NCBI GenBank assembly: GCA_947168555.1
Contig: CAMVMJ010000006.1
Coordinates: forward strand, 648 to 64,647
DNA length: 64,000 nucleotides
Direction: 5' to 3'
Source of the DNA: an uncultured Prevotellaceae bacterium
Lineage (GTDB): Bacteria; Bacteroidota; Bacteroidia; Bacteroidales; Bacteroidaceae
Position numbers and translations under genes: made by a program. Within the stretch, counting starts at the first letter, position 1, and each line of letters begins with the position of its first letter. The notes beneath the pieces are model-generated. The model ran no database searches, had not been told where the DNA came from, and saw only the letters and a list, made by a program, of their open reading frames with translations. Below, in pieces: positions 22,549 to 31,696 of this stretch.

Positions 22549-22815
22549 ATGTATCTGAAATGTTGGGCCAGAGACTCCAAGATTTCACCCAACAACCGCC
22601 CCGAAAACAAAGTGGAGGTGCACCGGGAATTCACCGAAATGGGAACCTCCTTTCACCTCAGTTGGTGCATCAAAGACACGCGGGAAACGGACAAGCCGCT
22701 CGAACCGTTCCTCATGCAGAAGTTCTGCGACACACTGCACCTCCAACGCGAAGTGGAGCTCACCGAGCGCGAAGTCATCAATCCGCAAGTGCGCGCCATG
22801 CTGGCGCAGATGTAG
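22549..22815 (+). CDS. small hypothetical protein
   Basis: ORF 22525..22815 starts on GTG; the first ATG gives MYLKCWARDSK... (88 aa). A TATTTTTG box lies about 50 nt upstream. No motif recognised. Confidence 0.5.
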   Translation: MYLKCWARDSKISPNNRPENKVEVHREFTEMGTSFHLSWCIKDTRETDKPLEPFLMQKFCDTLHLQREVELTEREVINPQVRAMLAQM

Positions 22816-22850
22816 CCCCCTCCCTTGCAGCCTGTTTTTTTATAAAACCG

Positions 22851-23525
22851 TCAGCGAAGCGCCCTGACGACGTTGCCCTCGCGCATGAGGGGGACGGCGG
22901 AGCGCAGGTGCTCTTCGAGCTCGGCATCGTCCACGCGATAGACCTTCACGACCTTGGAGCGCGGGAAGCGGTTGAAAAAAGGATCGCGCGTGACATACCA
23001 GCGGAACTCCCCCACCTCAGACCACCCCGCAAGGGCATCCCAGAGCGGCAAGAGGCGCGTGTGGACCGCCACGGTGAGACCCGAGCGACCGTCGCGGAAG
23101 CGGACCCGGCAGACCAGATGCTGGCGCACGGCGGTGTCGCGCGCATTGTCCTCGGCGGTGCGGCGGTGGGACACGGTGATGTGGCGCCCGAAGCGGCGGT
23201 TGATGTCGTCCATCATGCGGCGAAACAGAGGGCCGTGGGCCGACTCGTCGCGGAGCTGGCGCGAGAGGATGCTGTAGTGAATCATCTCGTGGAGAATGAC
23301 GTCATCGAGCTCGTCCTCGGGCAGGTCGAAGAGCGTGGAGATGCGCAAGACGAAGCCCTCGTTGCGGCCGCGGCCGAAGAAGCGGCGCTCGCGACGATAA
23401 GTGATCTGCCCCAAGAAACTGCGCGCACGGCTTAAACGCACGGGGATGGGCCGAAGCTCACCCCCGAAACAAAGTGCGTTGAACTCGTCGAAGCGACGCT
23501 GGACGTAGTCGCGCGTAGGCTTCAT
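22851..23525 (-). CDS. SprT-like zinc metalloprotease domain protein
   Basis: Starts MKPTRDYVQRRFDEFNALCFGGEL, a typical SprT N-terminus. Contains the HExxH motif VILHEMIHY. Confidence 0.8.
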   Translation of the reverse strand: MKPTRDYVQRRFDEFNALCFGGELRPIPVRLSRARSFLGQITYRRERRFFGRGRNEGFVLRISTLFDLPEDELDDVILHEMIHYSILSRQLRDESAHGPLFRRMMDDINRRFGRHITVSHRRTAEDNARDTAVRQHLVCRVRFRDGRSGLTVAVHTRLLPLWDALAGWSEVGEFRWYVTRDPFFNRFPRSKVVKVYRVDDAELEEHLRSAVPLMREGNVVRALR

Positions 23526-23529
23526 CCCA

Positions 23530-25128
23530 TCAGAAGCGTGCACTGAGCGTGCAGACCACCGTGTGGCGGCGCTGGTTCATATCCACATGGGCGGGATAGG
23601 CGTCGAGATTGCCGAAGTAGTAGCCGCTCTGCAGACGGCACTTGTAGGCCAGGTCGATGCCGAACCACTTGATGCGCGTGCCCAGACCCATGGTGATGAG
23701 GTGCGTAGGCGAAGTGGTGACCCAACTGGTGCCGATGCTGTTGACAGTGCTCTCGTCGGCGCAACCAGGATCCCACTCCTCGTTCTTGTAGATGCTGCTG
23801 ATATAGTTGTAGCCGAGACGCAGAGCCAGCTGACGGATGGGCTTGGCCTCCAGGCCGAACTTCACGCGATACTGGCCGCTGAGGCAGCTGCGCGTGTTGG
23901 TGTTCATATAAACATCCTCGATAGTATTGAAGATGGAGCGACGCTCGTCGTTGGCGGGATAGCCCTGACCCTCGTACTTGAAGATGGCATACTCGAAGTC
24001 AGCACCCCAGGCAAACCAGTTCTTCACCGTGCTGCCGATGCCCAGACGGAAACGCCAGGGCGTGCGCAGGCTGTAGTCCTTGTCGTAGTAGCCGCTGCAA
24101 TAGGTGGGATAAGCATTGGGGACAGGAAAGAAAACATTGGCAGGACGGTAATAATAATTTATAGGCATTACTGGAGGATTCGGATCATTCAGCTCAGAAT
24201 TAAACTTGGAATAGAGCGTGTAGTCGTAGCGCGAAGTCAGGAGGAACCACGTCGGGGTCTCGATGGCAACACCCAGGCGCAGGGGATTGTCCTCGATGGG
24301 GCGAATGATGGCGCCCAGCTTGAAGTTGACGCCCGTGCCCTTGATGGTGTGGAGGTCCTCGATGTAGTAGTCCAGAGGGGCCTCGTCGGTGCCGATACGT
24401 TCACTGTAGCTGCTCTCGTTGCGGTAGCTCATGTACTCCACGCCGATGTTGAGGCCCACGTAGTAGCGGTCCTTGACGTTAACGGAGAAGTTGATGTCGT
24501 AGGCATGGAGGCCGCCGCTGGTCATGCGGTACATGCTCTGGCCCCAAGTGGGCGACAATTGAGAAGAACGGCTCCACCTGGCATCCACGCCAGTACCTGA
24601 CTTATCAAGCAGACCACAATCGTAATAGGCTCCGTAGAGACTAGAGTTTAAAATGCCATCGCCCCAGTCATTGAGCAGGCCGGCCAACTGGTTGAGCTGG
24701 GAACCCGCGCAATAGGTCTCGCCGCCGTTGAGGTTGTTGTAGTTGATCTTCTTGTGGTAGTTGAAGCCGATGTTGAAGTTCTTGACATAACGGCCGTCGA
24801 TGCGGAAGCTGCCCACGAGACCGCCCTGGTCGAAGGTGGCATGGGTGCGGTCGTACATGTGGGTCATCGTCTCGTCGGCGCCCCAGATGGCACCCGCCGT
24901 GATGGCCACCTCACTCTTGCGCATGAGGGCCGTGGCAGCGGGGTTGTCGCCCATGGCCGAGATGTCGGCACCGAGGGCCGTGAAGGCACCGCCCATGGCC
25001 ACGTAGCGGGCCGTGCCCTGAAGATCGTGGTCCTGAGAGACCTCTGCATTCTGAAACGTGTTCTGCGCCTGCAGGAAGGAAGCGCCGAAGAGAAGGCTGA
25101 TCGCAGAAATATAATGTTTAGCTTTCAT
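23530..25128 (-). CDS. outer-membrane beta-barrel protein, FadL/TodX-like
   Basis: Signal peptide MKAKHYISAISLLFGASFLQAQ. N-terminal segment GTARYVAMGGAFTALGADISAMGDNPAA is typical of the OMPP1/FadL/TodX family. Ends ...CTLSARF. Confidence 0.7.
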   Translation of the reverse strand: MKAKHYISAISLLFGASFLQAQNTFQNAEVSQDHDLQGTARYVAMGGAFTALGADISAMGDNPAATALMRKSEVAITAGAIWGADETMTHMYDRTHATFDQGGLVGSFRIDGRYVKNFNIGFNYHKKINYNNLNGGETYCAGSQLNQLAGLLNDWGDGILNSSLYGAYYDCGLLDKSGTGVDARWSRSSQLSPTWGQSMYRMTSGGLHAYDINFSVNVKDRYYVGLNIGVEYMSYRNESSYSERIGTDEAPLDYYIEDLHTIKGTGVNFKLGAIIRPIEDNPLRLGVAIETPTWFLLTSRYDYTLYSKFNSELNDPNPPVMPINYYYRPANVFFPVPNAYPTYCSGYYDKDYSLRTPWRFRLGIGSTVKNWFAWGADFEYAIFKYEGQGYPANDERRSIFNTIEDVYMNTNTRSCLSGQYRVKFGLEAKPIRQLALRLGYNYISSIYKNEEWDPGCADESTVNSIGTSWVTTSPTHLITMGLGTRIKWFGIDLAYKCRLQSGYYFGNLDAYPAHVDMNQRRHTVVCTLSARF

Positions 25129-25160
25129 GGAATGAAAAGTTTGGTTCATGATTCAACATC

Positions 25161-26183
25161 TTAACGGCCTCTGCCCATGGAACGGCCTCCGCCGCCACCC
25201 ATAGAGCGTCCGCCACCGCCGAAGCCGCCGCCGCGCGAGCCGCCGCCCATCGTGCCGCCGCTCAGGCTGGGACGGTAGGAGCCGCCACCGCCGCCGGAGG
25301 GACGAGAGCTGCCGCCGGAAGGACGGCCGCCACCGTTGAAGGTGCCGCCACCGCCGTAGGAACGGCCGTTGTTGTAGGAGCGTCCGTTATTGTAAGAGCG
25401 TCCGCCGCCCATGCGTCCGTAAGAGGGATTGGTGGAGCGGGCTCCGGTGCGGCCCATCACACCGCCGTAATTGTAACGGTTGCCGTGACCTGTGTAGCGG
25501 CCCGTGACCACATTGGAGTGGCGATTGCCGGAATAGGTGCGCCCGTTGTAGAGCGGACGGCCCTCGCCCGGACGGCGCCAGTAGTCGTAGCGTCCGCCGT
25601 AGTAATAAGGACTGCGCCAGGAATAGTAAGGGCGTCCCCAGCCGTAGCTGTAACCGCCGTACCAGCCCGGACCGTAGTACCAGGGACGGTAGTAGCTCCA
25701 ACCCCAGCCCCAGGAGTAGCTCCAGCCGCTGTAGTACCAGGGATCGTACCAATAGGGCGACCACAGCCAGGAGTCATACCAGAAGGGATCGTAGCAGTTG
25801 AAGAAACGCACACGGTAAGACGGGATGTCGTAGGTGGCATCGGTGTAACCGCGGGAATAGGCATCGCCGTAGCCCTGGGCATAGCCCGCTGTATAGGCCG
25901 TCGCCAGCGAATCGACGCCGGAGGCCTCAGACCCGTCGCCCGCAGCGGAGCGGCGATAGCGGCCGCGACGGTTGTATTCGTCCACATCACGCGTGCTGCC
26001 CGAATAGGAGGACGGCACATAGGTGGTCACTGTGGTTTCGGAAGGAACGGTGGTGGTGATGACCGAAACCTGACGCGTCTGCTTCTTCGAAGGCACGAAG
26101 TAGAGGTCGTCGTCATCGTATTGAGCCATTGCGACAAACGGCATCAACAAACCCCACATGAGTAAAACAGACTTGGTTTTCAT
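25161..26183 (-). CDS. secreted Gly/Tyr/Trp/Arg/Ser-rich low-complexity protein
   Basis: ORF 25161..26252. Start at MKTKSVLLMWGLLMPFVAMAQ (signal peptide). The rest is biased sequence (WYDPWYYSGWSYSWGWGWSYYRPWYYGPGWYGGYSYGWGRPYY...GGGRSMGGGGGRSMGRGR). It has its own TAATTTTG box (rc of 26207-26214). Confidence 0.7.
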   Translation of the reverse strand: MKTKSVLLMWGLLMPFVAMAQYDDDDLYFVPSKKQTRQVSVITTTVPSETTVTTYVPSSYSGSTRDVDEYNRRGRYRRSAAGDGSEASGVDSLATAYTAGYAQGYGDAYSRGYTDATYDIPSYRVRFFNCYDPFWYDSWLWSPYWYDPWYYSGWSYSWGWGWSYYRPWYYGPGWYGGYSYGWGRPYYSWRSPYYYGGRYDYWRRPGEGRPLYNGRTYSGNRHSNVVTGRYTGHGNRYNYGGVMGRTGARSTNPSYGRMGGGRSYNNGRSYNNGRSYGGGGTFNGGGRPSGGSSRPSGGGGGSYRPSLSGGTMGGGSRGGGFGGGGRSMGGGGGRSMGRGR

Positions 26184-26236
26184 AGGACTTTTTGTTGGTT
26201 TATGTCGCAAAATTAACACCTTTTTTGAAAACGGCA

Positions 26237-26272
26237 AGAGGATTTTACCCAATTTTAAGAGGAAAATCCCCC
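26237..26272 (-). terminator. candidate intrinsic terminator after the FtsX-like permease gene
   Basis: On the minus-strand transcript, GGGGGAUUUU pairs with AAAAUCCUCU (about 10 bp including G-U pairs) and is followed by a short U-run (GUUUUC). Confidence 0.45.
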
Positions 26273-26277
26273 TTTTA

Positions 26278-27462
26278 TCATTCGAAGCGCATGGTTTGGG
26301 CCGGACGGATGTGTGAAATGACCAGTGAAGGAATCAGCAAAGCAGCTATAGTGACAACGAAAACAGCCACATTGACAAGCAGAAAGAGCAGCGGCGAGAA
26401 ATACATCGGCACCTCGGAGAGGTAATACGTGTCGGCGTCGAGCCTCAGCAGCCCCGTCCAGCGCTGCAGCGCAATGAGCGCAAAAGCCAGCGCGTTGCCC
26501 CACAGCAGCGCCCGCACCACGATAAGGGCCGAGAGGCGCAGGAAGACGGCACGCACCTGACGGTTGTCGCTGCCCAAAGCCTTGAGCAGGCCGATGAGGC
26601 CCGTCTCCTCCAGGATGATGATGAGCAGACCGCAGACGACCGTGGTGGCCGCCACAAGCGTCATCAGAATCAGGATGGCCCACACGTTGCCGTCGAGCAG
26701 GGAGAGCCAAGAGAAGATCTGAGGATAAAGCTCCTTGACCGAAAGCGACACGTAAGGACGGCCTCCGCCGTCGGCAAGGCGGTTAAACCTGCGCTTGAAC
26801 ACAATAGATTCATCGTCCAGAGAATCATAGGAATCGAGCGTCACCTCAAGGCCGCCAACCTCGTCGGAGGTCCAACCGTTGAGCTGCTGCACCAGAGGAA
26901 GTGGACAGAAGCAGACGTTCTCGTCGAACTCCTTGAGATGGGTCTCGTAGATGTCCACCACGGTGAAGCGGCGGGCTCTCAAAGAGCCGTCGAAAAAGTA
27001 GGCAAAAACACGGTCGCCGCACTTGACGCCCAAAGCCCGGGCCACGGAGCGCGAGATGCGCAGCGAGGGGCCGTGGTCGAGATTGAGCACAGAGTCGGCC
27101 TCGACACCCTTGAGCTGCATGCCGCGGAAGACCTCATCGGTCTTGAGCATGCCCTCTTTCAGGGCAAAAGGCCGGACGCTCTCCACATGAGGCTGCGCGG
27201 CAATCCAGTCGAGCTGCTCGCGGGAAAAGGTGACGGGGCGCGAGAATGGGCTGTAGAGGCTCTCGTGGGCCATCACCTGGATGTGGCCGGAAAAGGAGGC
27301 CATCTTCTTGCGTATCTCACCGCGGAAGCCCAACACAATGCTCACGGAGAGCAGCATGACGAAGACGCCCACCGCCACGCCGGCAGTGGCAATCTGCATG
27401 GCCAAACCGCCGCCGCGCGAACGGCGGAACAGACGCGAAGAGATAAAGGCGGGAGCGCTCAT
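26278..27462 (-). CDS. ABC transporter permease, FtsX/LolE family
   Basis: 394 aa. N-terminal TM helix, a large periplasmic loop and three C-terminal TM helices, typical of lipoprotein-releasing-system permeases. Confidence 0.8.
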   Translation of the reverse strand: MSAPAFISSRLFRRSRGGGLAMQIATAGVAVGVFVMLLSVSIVLGFRGEIRKKMASFSGHIQVMAHESLYSPFSRPVTFSREQLDWIAAQPHVESVRPFALKEGMLKTDEVFRGMQLKGVEADSVLNLDHGPSLRISRSVARALGVKCGDRVFAYFFDGSLRARRFTVVDIYETHLKEFDENVCFCPLPLVQQLNGWTSDEVGGLEVTLDSYDSLDDESIVFKRRFNRLADGGGRPYVSLSVKELYPQIFSWLSLLDGNVWAILILMTLVAATTVVCGLLIIILEETGLIGLLKALGSDNRQVRAVFLRLSALIVVRALLWGNALAFALIALQRWTGLLRLDADTYYLSEVPMYFSPLLFLLVNVAVFVVTIAALLIPSLVISHIRPAQTMRFE

Positions 27463-27480
27463 GCCGCAAGCGGAACGGCT

Positions 27481-28680
27481 CTACTCCACCCTGCCGGGAT
27501 ACGCCTCGAGGGCTTTGCGCAGGACGAAAAGGGCGCGGTTGAGGTCTTCCTTCTTCAACACATAAGCCAGACGCACCTGATTTCGGCCGGCACCGGGCGT
27601 CGTGTAGAAGCCGGCGGCAGGCGCCATCATGACGGTCTCGCCCTCATACTGGAACTCGGAGAGACACCAGGCACAGAAGCGCTCGGCGTCGTCGACAGGC
27701 AGCTTGGCCACCGTGTAGAAGGCGCCCATGGGGATGGGAGAATAGACGCCGGGGATGCGGTTGAGGCCGTCGATGAGGCACTTACGGCGCTCGACGTACT
27801 CGTCGTAGACCTCCTGAGCGTACTCCTCGGGCTCGTCGAGCGAAGCCTCGGCGGCAATCTGGCCGATCAACGGAGGCGACAGGCGGGCCTGACAGAACTT
27901 CATCACGGCCTTGCGGACCTCGGGATTCTTGGTGATCAGGGCGCCGATGCGGATGCCGCACTCGCTGTAGCGCTTGGAGACGGAGTCGATGAGCACCACG
28001 TTCTGCTCGATGCCCTCCAAGTGGCAGGCCGAGATATAGGGCGAACCCGTGTAGATGAACTCGCGATAGACCTCGTCGGAGAAGAGATACAGGTCGTACT
28101 TCTTGACCAGGTCGCGGATCTGATTCATCTCGCGACGCGTGTAGAGATAGCCCGTGGGGTTGTTGGGGTTACAGATAAGGATGGCGCGCGTGCGCTCGTT
28201 GATGAGCTCCTCAAACTTCTCCACCTTGGGCAGCGCAAAGCCCTCCTCGATGGTGGTGGCAATGGTGCGGATGACGGCGCCGGCGGAAATGGCAAACGCC
28301 ATGTAGTTGGCATAGGCCGGCTCGGGCACGATGATCTCGTCGCCGGGATTGAGGCACGCCAGGAAAGAAAAGAGCACCGCCTCGGAGCCGCCGCTGGTGA
28401 CGATGATGTCGTCGGGCGAGAGGTGGATGTTGTACTTCTCGTAGTAGCCCACCAGCTTCTTGCGGTAAGAAAGATAGCCCTGAGAGGGGCTGTACTCGAG
28501 AATCTTGCGGTCTATTCCACGAATCGCGTCGAGCGCCGCCTTAGGCGTAGGCAGGTCGGGCTGACCGATGTTGAGATGATAGACTTTCACTCCGCGCTCT
28601 TTGGCGGCGTAGGCCAAAGGAGCCAGCTTGCGGATGGGAGATTCGGGCATTTCTGTGCCGCGTACGGAAATTTGAGGCAT
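27481..28680 (-). CDS. pyridoxal-phosphate-dependent (aspartate-type) aminotransferase, class I
   Basis: 399 aa. Motifs PIRKLAPLAYAAKERGVKVYHLNIGQPD, NPNNPTG, SVSKRYSECGIRIGAL (PLP lysine). Confidence 0.88.
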   Translation of the reverse strand: MPQISVRGTEMPESPIRKLAPLAYAAKERGVKVYHLNIGQPDLPTPKAALDAIRGIDRKILEYSPSQGYLSYRKKLVGYYEKYNIHLSPDDIIVTSGGSEAVLFSFLACLNPGDEIIVPEPAYANYMAFAISAGAVIRTIATTIEEGFALPKVEKFEELINERTRAILICNPNNPTGYLYTRREMNQIRDLVKKYDLYLFSDEVYREFIYTGSPYISACHLEGIEQNVVLIDSVSKRYSECGIRIGALITKNPEVRKAVMKFCQARLSPPLIGQIAAEASLDEPEEYAQEVYDEYVERRKCLIDGLNRIPGVYSPIPMGAFYTVAKLPVDDAERFCAWCLSEFQYEGETVMMAPAAGFYTTPGAGRNQVRLAYVLKKEDLNRALFVLRKALEAYPGRVE

Positions 28681-28712
28681 TATCTTATATATTTAATCTT
28701 ATCTATATATGG

Positions 28713-29534
28713 TTATGGTAGTGAAGCGCGAAAGGTTTGCAGGCGCGTCATCCTGACGGTGCGGGCATCGGGGACGGTGTCGTTAAGCTGCTCCGCAAGG
28801 ATGGCCTTGTCGAGGAAGCGCTCCAGCGGCATCGAAGGCGATTGGGGCACATAGCCCAAATAGCGGTAGAGCCGGTCGGGCACCTGCATCGTGCGGCCGA
28901 CAATGTTGTCGGGAGCAAGCAGACGGCGCGTGAGGCGCCCCATGTGGCGGGGCGAAGCCATCAGCTCCACGAAGCGGCCCTTGCACACGAGATGTGACGT
29001 CTCGAGGTCGCGATGCAACTCGAGGTCGCAGTTGGTCACCGTCCAGCAAATCACCATGGACGACAGCGTGACCAGAAGATTGGGCACGGCCAGATGCAGC
29101 CACTTGATGCGCTGCACGGCAAAGGGGCGCGATAAGGCGGAGGACAGCACAAAGGCCGACACCAGCATGACAAGGCAGAAGACGGCCCAGAGGAGGCGTC
29201 TGAAGGAATACTCCGAAGTGGCGCACAGAGAGGCCAGCAGGCCCAAACAGAAATACGACGGGGCCCACACCAAAGCCTTCAGCTCCAGAGGGATGCGATG
29301 CGAAAAGAGCGAGATGCCCAAAGCGCCGATCACCATCACCGCAACGGAAATCATCGCGGCACGGAAATGGTCGAAAGGCGTGTTGGAGAGATCGTGAAGG
29401 GCGTAGGTCAGCAACAACACCTCCCTCTGCTCAATAAAAAGAAAATGCAGAGCAAAGGCGATAAACAGGAGACCGCAGACGCCGTGAATGGCGTATGCGG
29501 TCTGACGGTTAGCGTTATCGCGACGACGCATCAT
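28713..29534 (-). CDS. multi-pass membrane protein, function unknown
   Basis: 273 aa with 5-6 hydrophobic helices. Overlaps the glgB stop by 4 nt. Confidence 0.6.
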   Translation of the reverse strand: MMRRRDNANRQTAYAIHGVCGLLFIAFALHFLFIEQREVLLLTYALHDLSNTPFDHFRAAMISVAVMVIGALGISLFSHRIPLELKALVWAPSYFCLGLLASLCATSEYSFRRLLWAVFCLVMLVSAFVLSSALSRPFAVQRIKWLHLAVPNLLVTLSSMVICWTVTNCDLELHRDLETSHLVCKGRFVELMASPRHMGRLTRRLLAPDNIVGRTMQVPDRLYRYLGYVPQSPSMPLERFLDKAILAEQLNDTVPDARTVRMTRLQTFRASLP

Positions 29535-31675
29535 TCCTTCACACGGCGCAGCACACAGGCGCTGCGAGCAGGCAGATAAAGTTTAAGCCAACCCTTGCCG
29601 TCGCGGGAGAGCATGCTGTCGAAGATGGTGAGATGACGCATGGTGTCGTCATTGAAGCCCTTGCCGCCGAAGTTGACGGCATCGGTGTTGAGCACATACT
29701 CATAGGCACCCTGCTTCACCATGAAGCCGTAGTCGGTGAACGACTTGAACGGCGAGAAGTTGAAGAAGAACAGCAGGTCGCCGCGCTGATAGGCAAACAC
29801 CTGGTCGCCGTCGTTGTGCCAAATCTCGGTGACGGGCTGGGACTGAATGTTCTTCTGACTCTTGAGCACCTTCAGCATCTGACGGTCGAAGTCGCCCAGG
29901 AAGTGGAAGCAGAGGTCCTTGTTGTCCACCAGATTCCACTGACGGCGGGCGTATTTGTAGCTCCAGCCGTTGCCCTCGCGGGGGAAGTCAATCCACTCGG
30001 GATGGCCGAACTCGTTGCCCATGAAGTTAAGGTAGCCGCCGTTGATGGTGGAGGCTGTGAGCAGGCGTATCATCTTGTGGAGGGCGATGCCGCGCTCCAC
30101 GGTGCCGGTCTCGTCGCCCTTCTTGAAGTGCCAGTACATGTCGGAGTCGATCAGACGGAAGATGATCGTCTTGTCGCCCACCAAAGCCTGATCGTGGCTC
30201 TCGCAGTAGGAAATCGTCTTCTCGTCGGCACGGCGGTTGGTGGTCTCCCACAGGAGGCTGGAAGGCTTCCAGTCCTCGTCGCGCAACTCCTTGATGACCT
30301 TGATCCAGTAGTCGGGGATGTTCATGGCCAAACGGTAGTTGAAACCGTAACCGCCGTCCTCGAAGGGAGCGGCCAGACCGGGCATGCCGGAAACCTCCTC
30401 GGCAATGGTGATGGCGTTCTTGTTGACCTGATGGATCAGGACGTTGGCCAGCGTGAGGTAAACAATGGCGTTGTCGTCTTCGTGGCCGTTATAGTAGTCG
30501 GCGTAGCTGCCGAAGGCTTCACCCAGGCCGTGGCTGTAGTAGAGCATCGAGGTGACACCGTCGAAGCGGAAACCGTCGAAATGGAACTCGTCGAGCCAAT
30601 ACTTACAGTTGGAGAGCAGGAAATGCAGCACCTGATTCTTGCCGTAGTCGAAGCAGAGCGAATCCCAGGCGGGATGCTCGCGACGGTCGCCGGGATAGAA
30701 ATACTGGCAGGGATCGCCGCACATGTTGCCCAGACCCTCGTTCTCGTTCTTCACGGCGTGAGAGTGGACGATGTCCATCACGACGGCAATGCCGCGGCCG
30801 TGGGCGTCATCAATAAGAGCTTTCAACTCCTCGGGCGTGCCGAAGCGACTGGAGGGAGCGAAGAAGTTGCTCACGTGGTAGCCGAAGCTGCCGTAGTAAG
30901 GATGCTCCTGGATGGCCATGATCTGAATGCAGTTGTAGCCAGCCTTGGCCACACGGGGCAACACGTTCTGGCGGAACTCCTCATAGGTGCCCACCTTCTC
31001 TGCATCCTGACTCATGCCGATGTGGCACTCGTAGATGAGCAGAGGAGACGTGTTGGGCTTGAACTTGAGGTTCTGCCACTCGTACTCGTTCTTCGGCGCC
31101 CATACCTGAGCGGAGAAGATCTTGGTCTGGTCGTCCTGCACCACGCGACGGCACCATGCGGGAATGCGCTCGCCCTGACCGCCGTCCCAATGAACGGACA
31201 GTTTGTAGAGCTCGCCGTGCTTGAGGCCGCGGGGACCCAGCTTCAGCTCCCAGTTGTCGGTGCCGCGAACGCGCTTGAAAGCATACTTCTCGTTTTCCTT
31301 CCAATCGTTGCAGTCGCCGATGAGATACATCTCGGTGGCATTGGGAGCCCATTCGCGGATCACCCAACCCTTGTCGTTGCGGTGCAAGCCGAAGTACAGA
31401 TATCCGGATGCAAAATCCGAAAGCGTCTGCTTGCCGTGCTGGGTCAGCTCGTCCATCTTGTTCAAAACGGCCTGATGGCGGCCTTCGATGGCGGCGCTGA
31501 AATCCCGGAGGTAAGCATCATTACGCAGAATCTTCAGCATCTGAGGTTCCTGAGCCTTCTGAGCCTTTGCCTTGGCGGCAGCGGCCTGTTCTTTCTTCGT
31601 CATCTTCTTGGCGGAAGATTTCTTAGCGGACGGCTTGGAAGCTGATTTGGCTGAAGTCTTTGTCGTAGTTGCCAT
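29531..31675 (-). CDS. glgB: 1,4-alpha-glucan branching enzyme (GH13) with Lys/Ala-rich N-terminal extension
   Basis: 714 aa. GH13 motifs VMDIVHSH, DGFRFDGVTSM, GNEFGHPEW, SHDQ. The first ~45 aa are MATTTKTSAKSASKPSAKKSSAKKMTKKEQAAAAKAKAQKAQ. Confidence 0.9.
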   Translation of the reverse strand: MATTTKTSAKSASKPSAKKSSAKKMTKKEQAAAAKAKAQKAQEPQMLKILRNDAYLRDFSAAIEGRHQAVLNKMDELTQHGKQTLSDFASGYLYFGLHRNDKGWVIREWAPNATEMYLIGDCNDWKENEKYAFKRVRGTDNWELKLGPRGLKHGELYKLSVHWDGGQGERIPAWCRRVVQDDQTKIFSAQVWAPKNEYEWQNLKFKPNTSPLLIYECHIGMSQDAEKVGTYEEFRQNVLPRVAKAGYNCIQIMAIQEHPYYGSFGYHVSNFFAPSSRFGTPEELKALIDDAHGRGIAVVMDIVHSHAVKNENEGLGNMCGDPCQYFYPGDRREHPAWDSLCFDYGKNQVLHFLLSNCKYWLDEFHFDGFRFDGVTSMLYYSHGLGEAFGSYADYYNGHEDDNAIVYLTLANVLIHQVNKNAITIAEEVSGMPGLAAPFEDGGYGFNYRLAMNIPDYWIKVIKELRDEDWKPSSLLWETTNRRADEKTISYCESHDQALVGDKTIIFRLIDSDMYWHFKKGDETGTVERGIALHKMIRLLTASTINGGYLNFMGNEFGHPEWIDFPREGNGWSYKYARRQWNLVDNKDLCFHFLGDFDRQMLKVLKSQKNIQSQPVTEIWHNDGDQVFAYQRGDLLFFFNFSPFKSFTDYGFMVKQGAYEYVLNTDAVNFGGKGFNDDTMRHLTIFDSMLSRDGKGWLKLYLPARSACVLRRVKE

Positions 31676-31696
31676 GATAAAAAAATGTTATGTTGT

